From Acidobacteriota bacterium (GTDB lineage: Bacteria; Acidobacteriota; UBA6911; JACQSX01), in contig DASXQR010000010.1 of assembly GCA_036507075.1 (NCBI GenBank), forward strand, positions 1 to 64,000: DNA of 64,000 nt, read 5' to 3'. The position numbers were made by a program, and so were the translations under genes. Numbering within the stretch: position 1 is the stretch's first letter; each line of letters starts with the position of its first letter. This document shows, piece after piece, positions 1-9,276 of this stretch. The notes beneath the pieces are model-generated. The model was not told the DNA's origin. It did no database searches and saw only the letters and a program-made list of their open reading frames with translations.

Positions 1-120
1 GACGTGCACGTGCTCGTGAACGTCGACGGCTTTGAAAAATGTTGCCAAAAAAAACAAGAAGTTGACAACTTGTAGCACAAAGAACACAGCATTAGTGCCC
101 TTTGTGCCTTTGTGGTTAAA
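1..120. repeat. Hexamer-periodic (nnCGTG) repeat element arm plus CACAAAG-type hairpin
   Basis: GACGTG CACGTG CTCGTG AACGTC GACGGCTTTGAAAAA...CAAGAAGTTG closely matches 5493-5550; followed by CACAAAG...CTTTGTGCCTTTGTGG. Confidence 0.75.
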
Positions 121-125
121 AAAAT

Positions 126-1529
126 TCAGGTGAGGATCTGAGTGATCGGGCCGTCGCCCTCGTCTACCAGGCGTACGGGTCGCCCGGAAAGCTCGACTTC
201 CATTTTTTTGTAGTCGATACCCAACTGCCGAAGAATAGTAGCGTGCAGATCGCTGTAATAGTGGCGGTTCTCGACGGCCTGATACCCTACCTCATCGGTA
301 GCGCCATGTACAATGCCACCCTTCACCCCGCCCCCGGACAGCCAACAGGAGTATCCCTTTGGATTGTGATCCCGACCCGTCGTGTTCTGTGACCAGGGAC
401 TCCTGCCGAACTCGCTGGTCCATACCACAAGAGTTGAGTCGAGCATCCCGCGCTGCTTCAAGTCGCGGATGAGGCCGGAGATTGGTTTGTCGGTTGCCCG
501 GCACAGAGGCCCGTGGGTCTTCATGTCGCCGTGGGCGTCCCACGCCCCGTTGCCGCCTCCAGCATGACAGATCTGAATGAATCGAACTCCCTGTTCTGCC
601 AGCCTACGCGCCAGCAGGAGCTGGCGTCCGAAGTCGTCGGTCTCCTCCTGGCCGATGCCGTAAAGCTCCAGCACGTGCTTGGGCTCGTTGGAAAAGCTGA
701 CTACCTCGGGCGCTGACAGTTGCATACGGGCAGCAAGTTCGTAGGCCTTCACGCGGGCCGCGATATCACTGTTAATGGCATAGCGTTCGCGGAATTCTTT
801 GTTCATCTCCACCAGTGTCCGCATCTGGCGGTCCCGCTCGGCAGGGCTGCCTCCCTTTGGCGGGTAAAGGTTCGGGATGGGTGTTTCGCCCGCCTGGAAG
901 GGAGTGGCAGCCACAGAGGCGCCCAGATAACCGCCGGTCAGTTGCACCGGCGAAGAGGGACGTCCGATGTTCACGAAAGTTGGCAGGTTCCTGTTCGTCG
1001 TTCCGAGCGCATAGGCAACCCAACTGCCGAAAGTGGGGTGGTCGAACTGGCGCCCCCGGTGACCGGTGGAAGTTTCAATCACTGCAGGAAAATGATTTCC
1101 TTCGTGGCACCACATCGACCGGACAACGGCTATGTCGTCGATGACAGACCCGACGTGCGGAAACCAGTCGGAAACCGGGATGCCGGATTCCCCACAGCGG
1201 GTAAATGTACGCAGGCAGGGGATTACAGGTCGCTTCATTTCGGCTACGTTGTCTCCAAAACCGACCGCGTCAATCAGCTTCCCAGCCCACTTGTTATCCT
1301 TCGGGTCGAAAGTGTCGATGTGGCTGACACCTCCGCACATGAAAAGAAAAATGACCGACTTGGCCCTGGGTACAAAATCCGGTCCGATGGCAGCGTCCCG
1401 AATCTGTCCCTCAGCCGCCCAAAGAGCGCCCATCGCGACGCCAAAGAATCCGCCGCCCGCTTGAAACAGAAAGTTGCGCCGCGATATTCTGCCGCAAGGA
1501 TAGATGACGTTGTCAGCCACTTGAGTCAC
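126..1529 (-). CDS. DUF1501 family protein (sulfatase-like fold), Tat signal
   Basis: SRRNFL twin-arginine motif, AKSVIFLFMCGGVSHIDTFDPK, EFGRSP and GRDHNP motifs; overlaps stop of upstream gene. Confidence 0.9.
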   Translation of the reverse strand: MTQVADNVIYPCGRISRRNFLFQAGGGFFGVAMGALWAAEGQIRDAAIGPDFVPRAKSVIFLFMCGGVSHIDTFDPKDNKWAGKLIDAVGFGDNVAEMKRPVIPCLRTFTRCGESGIPVSDWFPHVGSVIDDIAVVRSMWCHEGNHFPAVIETSTGHRGRQFDHPTFGSWVAYALGTTNRNLPTFVNIGRPSSPVQLTGGYLGASVAATPFQAGETPIPNLYPPKGGSPAERDRQMRTLVEMNKEFRERYAINSDIAARVKAYELAARMQLSAPEVVSFSNEPKHVLELYGIGQEETDDFGRQLLLARRLAEQGVRFIQICHAGGGNGAWDAHGDMKTHGPLCRATDKPISGLIRDLKQRGMLDSTLVVWTSEFGRSPWSQNTTGRDHNPKGYSCWLSGGGVKGGIVHGATDEVGYQAVENRHYYSDLHATILRQLGIDYKKMEVELSGRPVRLVDEGDGPITQILT

Positions 1530-3721
1530 CGCACGTAAATAAACTCGTCCAGGTTAAACAATAGCCAGGCGAACCCCTTCAGCCGTGCAGGGTCGTTTTC
1601 GATGTAAGCAAGCGCGCGATCTTTTTCCGACGCAGAGGGAAGACGTCCGAGGGTAATTCGATATCCCTGGTCCACGGCAGCGGCGATATTCCCCGCGCAC
1701 TCTTTCTGGAGCCGCTCAGCAAGTTTCGCGGAGGCTTTCTCAATCACATCGCTGTTCATCATGAATAAGCCCTGCGGCGCGGTAACGGTCTGCGTCCTGA
1801 GCGGGCAGGGAGCTCGCCCGTCGTCCACGTCGAACACCTGCAGGAAGTTGGGAACCACGTCCCGGCTTGTGGAAAAGCCGCGGATGATGTAAGCGCCGCG
1901 GTGGTTGGAACGCGCATCGGGAGCTTGGCCACTTTGGGGCGCTCCGCCCCCTCCGCGTCTTGGTGCCTCCCCGCCGCCGATGTCAAAGGAGGGGCCTCCC
2001 ACGGTAAGGTCCAGGTCTCCGGCCGCGGACAAGATCGAATCCCAGATCGGCTCAGCCTCGAGCCGCTGCAGGCGGAATCGCCAAAGATACGTGTTGTCCG
2101 GATCGATCTTGTTGTTGGCCACCCCAAGAGCGCGATCACCTTCTGACGCCCTCTTGTAGGTCTGCGACGTGACCATCAGCCGGTGCATCTCTTTCATACT
2201 GAACTTGCGCGCCACAAATTCAGACGCCAGCCAATCCAGCAGTTGTCGATTCACCGGGGACCCGCCCAGTGTTCCGAAATCGCTGGAGATTTTCTGCAAG
2301 CCTTCGCCAAAATGCCATTGCCAAAGACGGTTGACGGCCACGCGGGCAAACAGCGGATTTTCAGGCGCGGTAAGCCAATCTGAAAACGCTTCGACTCTAC
2401 CTTCCCGGAAATCGATCTTCCCGGTTGCGAACGGCCAGCCAGGCTGCACTTCCTTGTCTTTTTCGGGCCGCTCGGGATCTCCGCTCGTTAGAATGTAGCT
2501 CTTCTCCAGCTCGCGTTTGGCGTCGATCTCCACCGTCCAGAAGGCCGGAAGCTCGCCGCCTCCACCTCGCCTCCCGCCAAACCCGGCTCCCCCCGGATTG
2601 AGCTGTTTTTGCAAATCCTCGTATTTCTTGCGAGCTTCCTCCGGCATCACTTCCTTGATTTTGTCGGCGTCTATTCGCAGGATGGGGAAATAATCGTCGG
2701 CGATTTTCTGCTCCTGAACTGTGCGCTCTTTCTCCGGCTTGCGGATGATCACCTGCACCTCGGCGGGCAGCATCAGAACCCGCTCCTCGTACAACTGATT
2801 TTTGTAGGGGGTAATCAGGGCATTCAGAGGCTCTTCGATCGCGGCCCTCTTCTTTTGCGACTCATCAAGGCCTTTGCCGCGAGCCATGATATCCGCCGCA
2901 GTGGCCAGCGTTACCTTCTTCACCGCGAGCGGATCGAATAGCGCCTTCATGGCATAGAAATCGCGCTGTGATATTGGGTCATATCTGTGGTCGTGGCATT
3001 TAGCGCATCCGACCGTCATCCCCATGAAAGCAGTGGAAACCGTCTCCACGGCGGCGATGGCAAGCTCCTGGGTGTCCTTGTTGTCGCGAACCACGGCGCC
3101 CCGCGCCAGGAATCCCAGGGCGAACATGTCATCGGGCCTGGGCTCTGCGCGCGAGCGGTAACCTGTAGCCGACATCTGCGTACGTTGGGTTGTCCGATAA
3201 CCGGTTAACTGTGCTCGCACGAACTGATCGTACGGGACATCAGCATTCAGAGCATAGATCACCCAGTCGCGCCATAAATGGATCCCGGGCGCGGCGTACA
3301 TCCTCTCGTCGGCGTCGGCGTAACGCAGCACGTCGAGCCAGTGGCGCGCATAGCGGACGCCGTGCTGTTCGCTCGCGAGCAGACGGTCCACGACCTTTTC
3401 ATAGGCGTCCGGGGATTGATCCTGCAAAAACGCGTCCTGTTCGGCGGGAGTGGGCAGGAGCCCGATGAGATCAAGGTGTACGCGGCGCAGCAGCGTTAAC
3501 TTATCTGCCTGACCGACCGGCCGCAGACCCTTCTGCTTGTGCGCTGCTGCGATAAAAGCATCTATGGGGTTTGATGACTGCGTGACACCAGCGGGAACGT
3601 CCGGGCGGGCGACCGGTTGAAGCGACCACAGGGGCCGCTTCGGTTTCTGATTGGGAGCGGCGAAAGCCAGGCAGGCGCTCAATAGGATCATGAATAATAC
3701 TGAACGCAGATTGAGACGCAC
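1526..3721 (-). CDS. DUF1549/DUF1553 (PSCyt2/PSD1) domain protein
   Basis: NPIDAFI, RHWLDVLRYAD, CAKCHDH, NPLFARVAVNRLWQWHFG, FNLDEFIY; GTG start chosen from GGAGG RBS. Confidence 0.9.
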   Translation of the reverse strand: MRLNLRSVLFMILLSACLAFAAPNQKPKRPLWSLQPVARPDVPAGVTQSSNPIDAFIAAAHKQKGLRPVGQADKLTLLRRVHLDLIGLLPTPAEQDAFLQDQSPDAYEKVVDRLLASEQHGVRYARHWLDVLRYADADERMYAAPGIHLWRDWVIYALNADVPYDQFVRAQLTGYRTTQRTQMSATGYRSRAEPRPDDMFALGFLARGAVVRDNKDTQELAIAAVETVSTAFMGMTVGCAKCHDHRYDPISQRDFYAMKALFDPLAVKKVTLATAADIMARGKGLDESQKKRAAIEEPLNALITPYKNQLYEERVLMLPAEVQVIIRKPEKERTVQEQKIADDYFPILRIDADKIKEVMPEEARKKYEDLQKQLNPGGAGFGGRRGGGGELPAFWTVEIDAKRELEKSYILTSGDPERPEKDKEVQPGWPFATGKIDFREGRVEAFSDWLTAPENPLFARVAVNRLWQWHFGEGLQKISSDFGTLGGSPVNRQLLDWLASEFVARKFSMKEMHRLMVTSQTYKRASEGDRALGVANNKIDPDNTYLWRFRLQRLEAEPIWDSILSAAGDLDLTVGGPSFDIGGGEAPRRGGGGAPQSGQAPDARSNHRGAYIIRGFSTSRDVVPNFLQVFDVDDGRAPCPLRTQTVTAPQGLFMMNSDVIEKASAKLAERLQKECAGNIAAAVDQGYRITLGRLPSASEKDRALAYIENDPARLKGFAWLLFNLDEFIYVR

Positions 3722-3843
3722 CTTCTGGAACCTCCGCAGGACGATCTGAAAGTACGATAACAGCGCCAACATCATCAGTCAACGTTACTTACGGAGCGAT
3801 GCATACACAGTACCCAAGCCTAAGAACATGTGAAGGAATTGAC

Positions 3844-3867
3844 GCCACCGGGCTTGTCCCGGTGGTG
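3844..3867. repeat. Short REP-like palindrome
   Basis: CCACCGGG CTTGT CCCGGTGG stem-loop in intergenic DNA. Confidence 0.5.
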
Positions 3868-4011
3868 AATGCGATTCTTCACTAGACACAAACCCTGCCG
3901 CGCAAATCTGTGAGATTTCGGGAGGGGTCGTGGACGCAGAGCAGAAGTGTTACCGGGGCGCGCCCTCGCTTACGCTTCGGGTACTGCAGGGGGCGGATCG
4001 GCCCCCGCAGC

Positions 4012-5280
4012 TCATTCCATGACAGAGGCCACCACCATCTCGAGCACTCTTCTGACTCCGTCGTCGGTTCCGATCGGGCCGTCGCTGAACTGGCTTCGAG
4101 TGGCGGGCTTCCAATTGTCGCGAGAGCCATCGTATTTGTAGGTCTGCGGAATTCCGGTCAAAGCCGGATCATACTGGCGCTCGCTGCCGGCCATCTTATA
4201 AATCACCAGATCGAGCGAGGAAACGACATAAATTCCATATCCACCCCCGCCCGATTTAAAAAATGCATCGCGCGGCGCGCCGGCTACATGACCATCGGCA
4301 TTCACCTCGAACATCAGGCTGAAAGGAGAATGCCGATTGAAAGACGAGGGCCGGCCGCAATGCTCTACGTAGTCGGCAGGCACGAGTTGCCGCTCGCTCC
4401 AGCGGCCCTTTTTCAAAAGCAAATATACAAAGCGAAGCGCGTCTGTGGAGCGTAACGCGCAACCGCCACCGCCCGGTGTGTGGGCGAGCGTTCTCTCCCC
4501 GCGATGCGTCGCGTAGCCCCAGGGTCCCCATTGCATCGGCTTGGCCAGCCGCTCGTTGATGTATTGCTGCAATTCCATTCCCGTCAGGCGGCGCAGAACC
4601 ATGGACGCCACGTGAGCCGAACGCGACGCATAGGAATACCCTTCGCCGGGCTTGGTCCACATGACTTCACGCACGGCGCCAAGATCCTGGTCCTGTGTGC
4701 CGTCGGTGGGCGGGACCGCCTCCAGTTTCACGGAAGGCTCGCCGTTAACGAATCCGGGATTGCTGCCTTCTCCATGCATCCCGGAGGCCATCGCCAGCAG
4801 GTGCCCGAGCCTGATATCGGCCTTGATTGGGTTGTTCAACGGGAAAGACTCGGGCAGATACTTCTCGATGAACACCTTCTGATCGAGTCCCTCGGGAATC
4901 TGGTCATGCTTTTCCTTGAGCATGATGCCGCAGGCGACACTGGTCAGGGACTTGCCGATTGAAGCCATATCGGGAAGGGCTTCCCGATTGCCTCTTCCGT
5001 AGTAGCGCTCGTACACAAGCCAGCCATGCCGCACAACCAGCAGGCCGCCATGCTGGTTGGTCCGCTGCGCATACTCGAACGCCTGGTCAAGTTTTTTCAC
5101 ATCGATGCCGGTAATCTTGCGAATCTGTGCGGAATCCCTCAGTGTCCGCCATCCACCCGCGCCGTCGCCCGGCGGAAAATAATCCTCGTCCCGAGCCGGA
5201 GCCATCAGGGAAAGAGTGAGAAATGCGAGAGAAATAAGCGATAAGAGCGAAATATGTCGTCCAAAAAAAGCGCTCATCAC
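4012..5280 (-). CDS. Serine hydrolase, beta-lactamase class C / 6-aminohexanoate-dimer hydrolase family, secreted
   Basis: Signal peptide, SxxK motif (MASIGKS), LLAMASG, YSY motif. Confidence 0.85.
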   Translation of the reverse strand: MMSAFFGRHISLLSLISLAFLTLSLMAPARDEDYFPPGDGAGGWRTLRDSAQIRKITGIDVKKLDQAFEYAQRTNQHGGLLVVRHGWLVYERYYGRGNREALPDMASIGKSLTSVACGIMLKEKHDQIPEGLDQKVFIEKYLPESFPLNNPIKADIRLGHLLAMASGMHGEGSNPGFVNGEPSVKLEAVPPTDGTQDQDLGAVREVMWTKPGEGYSYASRSAHVASMVLRRLTGMELQQYINERLAKPMQWGPWGYATHRGERTLAHTPGGGGCALRSTDALRFVYLLLKKGRWSERQLVPADYVEHCGRPSSFNRHSPFSLMFEVNADGHVAGAPRDAFFKSGGGGYGIYVVSSLDLVIYKMAGSERQYDPALTGIPQTYKYDGSRDNWKPATRSQFSDGPIGTDDGVRRVLEMVVASVME

Positions 5281-5325
5281 GACTCCGGCTCAAGCGAAAG
5301 TCCAAGATAAAATTCCACTACAAAG

Positions 5326-5665
5326 ACCTGAAGCGGCCGAAGGCCGCAACCAAAAAGCCGTCCACGTCCACGAGCACGTGCACGTCAACGTCCATGTTTC
5401 AGGTCCACGATCACCACAACATACAGACAGCTTCTCAATCCGCGCAGTGTGTGACGAAGCGAGCGAAGTGCGTAAACGTAATCGTAGACGTTGACGTGCA
5501 CGTGCTCGTGGACGGCTTTGAAAAAACTTTGCCAAAAAAACAAGAAGTTGCCAACACGTTGGCAACTTCTTGTTTTTTTAGCAGATTCTTTAACCAATGA
5601 CCAATGACTAATGACCAATGACCGATGGCGCGTTTGGTTGCGGCCGCGTCTTTGTGGTGAAAAAG
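5326..5665. repeat. Composite repeat element: GCCGCAACCAA termini, hexamer arms, A/T-flanked hairpin and ACCAATG heptamer run
   Basis: Inverted arms GCCGTCCACG...CACGTGCACGTCAACGTC / GACGTTGACGTGCACGTGCTCGTGGACGGC; hairpin at 5534-5579; ACCAATG x4 at about 5593-5623. Confidence 0.75.
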
Positions 5666-5675
5666 TTTTTACATT

Positions 5676-8600
5676 TTAAAAACTGAACCGCAGCGCAAAC
5701 TGAATGTTGCGCGGCTGGTTCGACTGCGGATTGCTGAATCGGCCGAAGGTACTGCTGGTGACACCGGTGGACAGACCGCCCAGTAAATGCCGGTTGGCAA
5801 TGTTAAAGGCCGAGGCGCGGAACTCGAGATTCCGTGTCTCTTTGCCCATGTAGAAAGTCTTGCTCAGCGCCACGTCTTCGTTTAGCTGCCTGGGCGTGCG
5901 AAGCTGCGGAATTCGGGCAGGGGCGTTTCCATAAACCATGTTGGACGGTTGAACAAACGCCTTCGGATTGATGTAAGGACTGTTCGGGTCATCGGGATTC
6001 CAGTTCGGGTTTCGCAAGGGCTCTCCGGCGATTACATTGGGCCGCGCATTGCCGGCGCCAAACAGATTCTGCGAGGAGCCGACTCCGATCGGATTTCCAC
6101 TCTGGTAGCGGTGGACGGCCGAGATAGTCCAGTTTCCAAGAATCCCGTTCAACACCGGGTGCATGTCGCTCAGCAGCGCCTTTCCCTTCCCGAAGGGGAG
6201 ATCATACACATAGCTTGCTATGAGAATGTGTGGCGTGTCCCGCGAGGCGACGACCTTATCGGTCAGGTGTTCATACACGTTCGCTCCCTCGGTCGATTCC
6301 AGATACTTCGAGAAAGTGTAGGAGACCAAAGCCCACAGCCCGTGCGAGAAGCGGTGCTCAAAGCTGGTCTCCAGCGCGTTGTAGGTGCTGTGTCCGGTGA
6401 GCGATGTCCCGCTGACGCCCGTGTACTGCGGGAAGGGGCGCAGCGCCTGTTGCAACTGCAGGTTGGTGGGGTACCTGGGATAGGGCAGTTTGAATCCGCT
6501 GGCGATGACGCGCGGATCATTGAGAGCGGTACTGAGCGGGGAGCTCAGAAGGTTTCCGTAAATGGCAAAGTACCTGGGATCCAGTTGGTTGAAATTTTGC
6601 GTGACCTGCAGCTTGATTCCGTAATTGGCATGGAAGCTGGTGCGCCACAACGTATTGGCCGAGAGACTCCGTTCCAGCGTGAGATTGTAATCGGCAAAAT
6701 ATCCGGGTTTGCCGGCCTCGCGGCTCTTGTATGAGGCGCTTTGAAAATTGGCCAATGACGGGTCAACCCGCGGAGGCCTGCTGGCTTCGACCAGGTCCGG
6801 GAACTGCAGGAAACCGTTCTTGAACGTAAAGGAGATGCCGTTGGAGACGAAACTGCCAGGCGCGTTGAAACTGCCGCCGAAGCCTTGAATTCCGGTATCG
6901 GCATTGTTGTCCTCGCGGTTGCTGTCATAGATTATGGACCCGCCCGCCCGGACGACGGTATTCGGAGTCACCTGATAAGCAAAACCGAGGCGCGGACCGA
7001 AGCCGTTCTTTCGGACGTCCTGCAGGATGTCCTGGCCGCTGCGTCCCGTGCCATTTCCGGCAAACTCGAGGGCGCCTGGGAGTCCTCCGGCGCCGGGATT
7101 GGGAAGCTTGGGATTGAAGTTGCTGTTCTGGCGATGCTGTTCCAGCCTCGGAAACGCCAGGTCGTATCGCAATCCGACGTTAAGAGTGAACTTGTTGTTT
7201 ACCTTGATGTCGTCCTGAAAGTACCAGGCATAGTACTTAAATATGAAATTGATGTCGGCGCCGTAATTAAAGACGCCGGCGCTGGCCAGCCCTAACAGGA
7301 AAGAAGCATAGCCGGAGCCGGTTGAGCCGCTGACGCTCGGGTTTCCGGTAGAGGCGGAACTGGTACTGATACTGCCGACGCAATTGTTGCAGTCGATGCG
7401 CCTGTAGTTGATCCGCGCGAATTGGAATCCGAACTTCATCCCGTGTCGCCCTCTAATCCACGCCACCTGGTCACCGGCGCTATAGGTTCGCCCTGGGGAT
7501 ATCGTGTTGACGTGGCCTCCGAAATTTCCAAATTCCGTGAGGTACTTGGTGTAGTTCGGGGCTTTGTCGGCACTGACTCCGGGCATAAGCGTAGCTTTGC
7601 GATAGGCATCATCAAGGCCCAGCACCGGTCCCTCGCCCAGATCCCGAAGATTGACTCCGAATGTAAAGTGATTCAGCAGATTTGGCCGAAATACATAGTC
7701 GCTGTTCAAACGATAGTATTTGGTCACGCCGAATTCCTGAAAGGCTTCCGCCAAAGGCCCTGGAATAGGACCGATCAAAGGAGGGCTGTTGAAGTATTGG
7801 CGGCTGAACAGTCCATTGAAGCGGAGCTTTTCGGTCGGATTGAAGTCGCCCTTGATCGAATAAACGCCGTTATTAGCGCCCGGCACCCGGGTCCCATTGA
7901 ATCGGGCCGTGGTGTTGTTGAATACGAGGTTGGGATTGTCAGGCAGCGGCAGGTGGGCCTGGATCGCCCTGGCAATGGGGCCGATGCGATCTGCACACAT
8001 CACGTTCAGAACGCCGTTACACTGCAGACGGGTGCGTGAATTGGCGTTCGCGATAATATTCCCGTTCGCGTCGAAGGGATCATAGAGCGGGATTACGGCG
8101 CCGGCGGCGTTGGTGTACCTCCGGAAATCTCCGTTGCGGAAATCCGCAATCGGCAAGGTGATCAAATCCTGGCTGGCGATGTTTTTAAACCGCGAGCGTT
8201 CGCCAGCAAAGAAGAAGAATGCTTTGTTTCGGCCGTCGTACAATTTGGGAATATATATAGGACCGCCCAGTTGCACGGCATCCAGATTCTGGCGCTGTAT
8301 GCTGTCCCTGTGGGGACCGTAAAAGAACCCGTCCGCATTAAGGTGCTCATTGCGATGTTGTGCCAGGATCGAGCCGTGAAGCGAATTGGTTCCCGACTTG
8401 GTAGTGTAGTTCAAGACACCGTTGGAGCTGCGGCCAAATTCCGCCGAGTAGGCTCCGCTTTGGACCTTGAATTCCTCGATGGCCTCGGCGCTGACTACCC
8501 GCATGGCAGGATCATTGCGGCGCTCGCTCATCGATTCCGCGCCATCGACCAGCATGCTGGCGCCAACCTGCCGGCCGCCGGCTATGATTGGACTGCCCGT

Positions 8601-9125
8601 AGTCGTGTCGGGATCGTTGGTGAGATTCATCTGGACCCCCGGATTCAGTCCGGCGAAAGCGAGGTTACTCCTCAGGCCGCCGTTCATGAATAGCGGCAGC
8701 TTCTGGATCGCCTGGTTGTCGACAATTCTGCCGAGATCGCTCCGTTCTGTCTGCAACAACGATGCCGCTGCCGTGACCTGCACGGTCTGCAGCACTTCAC
8801 CGAGTTGCAACTGGACATCCACGCGAGAAGTCGTGTTCACGTTCACCCGCACGTCGGAAACCTCGGCTTTTCGGAAGCCTGGCATCTCCACCGTGAGGGC
8901 GTATTTCCCGGCGGAGAGGTACAGGAAACTGTAACCCCCATCGGCTGCCGAGACCGCGTTCTGCGACAAACCAGTCTCTGGATGGCGCAAGATAATATTG
9001 GCGCCGGGTACAGCCGCGCCCGAGCTGTCCGTTATGGTGCCGGTGATGGTTCCACGGTCCTGAGCAAACGCGAACGACGCCGCAAGAAAGACGCAAATCA
9101 CGGTTGTGAGAAGAGTCTTACGCAT
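5676..9125 (-). CDS. TonB-dependent receptor, Oar-like, with N-terminal carboxypeptidase-regulatory domain
   Basis: GTITGTITDSSGAAVPGA start, YSAEFGR, TKSGTN, YFQDDIKV, C-terminal PRNIQFALRFSF. Confidence 0.92.
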   Translation of the reverse strand: MRKTLLTTVICVFLAASFAFAQDRGTITGTITDSSGAAVPGANIILRHPETGLSQNAVSAADGGYSFLYLSAGKYALTVEMPGFRKAEVSDVRVNVNTTSRVDVQLQLGEVLQTVQVTAAASLLQTERSDLGRIVDNQAIQKLPLFMNGGLRSNLAFAGLNPGVQMNLTNDPDTTTGSPIIAGGRQVGASMLVDGAESMSERRNDPAMRVVSAEAIEEFKVQSGAYSAEFGRSSNGVLNYTTKSGTNSLHGSILAQHRNEHLNADGFFYGPHRDSIQRQNLDAVQLGGPIYIPKLYDGRNKAFFFFAGERSRFKNIASQDLITLPIADFRNGDFRRYTNAAGAVIPLYDPFDANGNIIANANSRTRLQCNGVLNVMCADRIGPIARAIQAHLPLPDNPNLVFNNTTARFNGTRVPGANNGVYSIKGDFNPTEKLRFNGLFSRQYFNSPPLIGPIPGPLAEAFQEFGVTKYYRLNSDYVFRPNLLNHFTFGVNLRDLGEGPVLGLDDAYRKATLMPGVSADKAPNYTKYLTEFGNFGGHVNTISPGRTYSAGDQVAWIRGRHGMKFGFQFARINYRRIDCNNCVGSISTSSASTGNPSVSGSTGSGYASFLLGLASAGVFNYGADINFIFKYYAWYFQDDIKVNNKFTLNVGLRYDLAFPRLEQHRQNSNFNPKLPNPGAGGLPGALEFAGNGTGRSGQDILQDVRKNGFGPRLGFAYQVTPNTVVRAGGSIIYDSNREDNNADTGIQGFGGSFNAPGSFVSNGISFTFKNGFLQFPDLVEASRPPRVDPSLANFQSASYKSREAGKPGYFADYNLTLERSLSANTLWRTSFHANYGIKLQVTQNFNQLDPRYFAIYGNLLSSPLSTALNDPRVIASGFKLPYPRYPTNLQLQQALRPFPQYTGVSGTSLTGHSTYNALETSFEHRFSHGLWALVSYTFSKYLESTEGANVYEHLTDKVVASRDTPHILIASYVYDLPFGKGKALLSDMHPVLNGILGNWTISAVHRYQSGNPIGVGSSQNLFGAGNARPNVIAGEPLRNPNWNPDDPNSPYINPKAFVQPSNMVYGNAPARIPQLRTPRQLNEDVALSKTFYMGKETRNLEFRASAFNIANRHLLGGLSTGVTSSTFGRFSNPQSNQPRNIQFALRFSF

Positions 9126-9162
9126 GGTTGGACTCCCGCGAAATTTGCCCCATGATACACGG

Positions 9163-9276
9163 GTTGAGCACGAATTTCACGAATGACACGAATTTCACGA
9201 ATCTTATAAGGAAATCCTGGGATCGTTCAACGAAGATTCGTGGAATTCGTGTCATTCGTGGAAATTCGTGCTCAAC
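9163..9276. repeat. Inverted repeat with 9-bp periodic CACGAAT arms
   Basis: TTGAGCACGAATTTCACGAATGACACGAATTTCACGAATCT ... AGATTCGTGGAATTCGTGTCATTCGTGGAAATTCGTGCTCAA. Confidence 0.85.
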
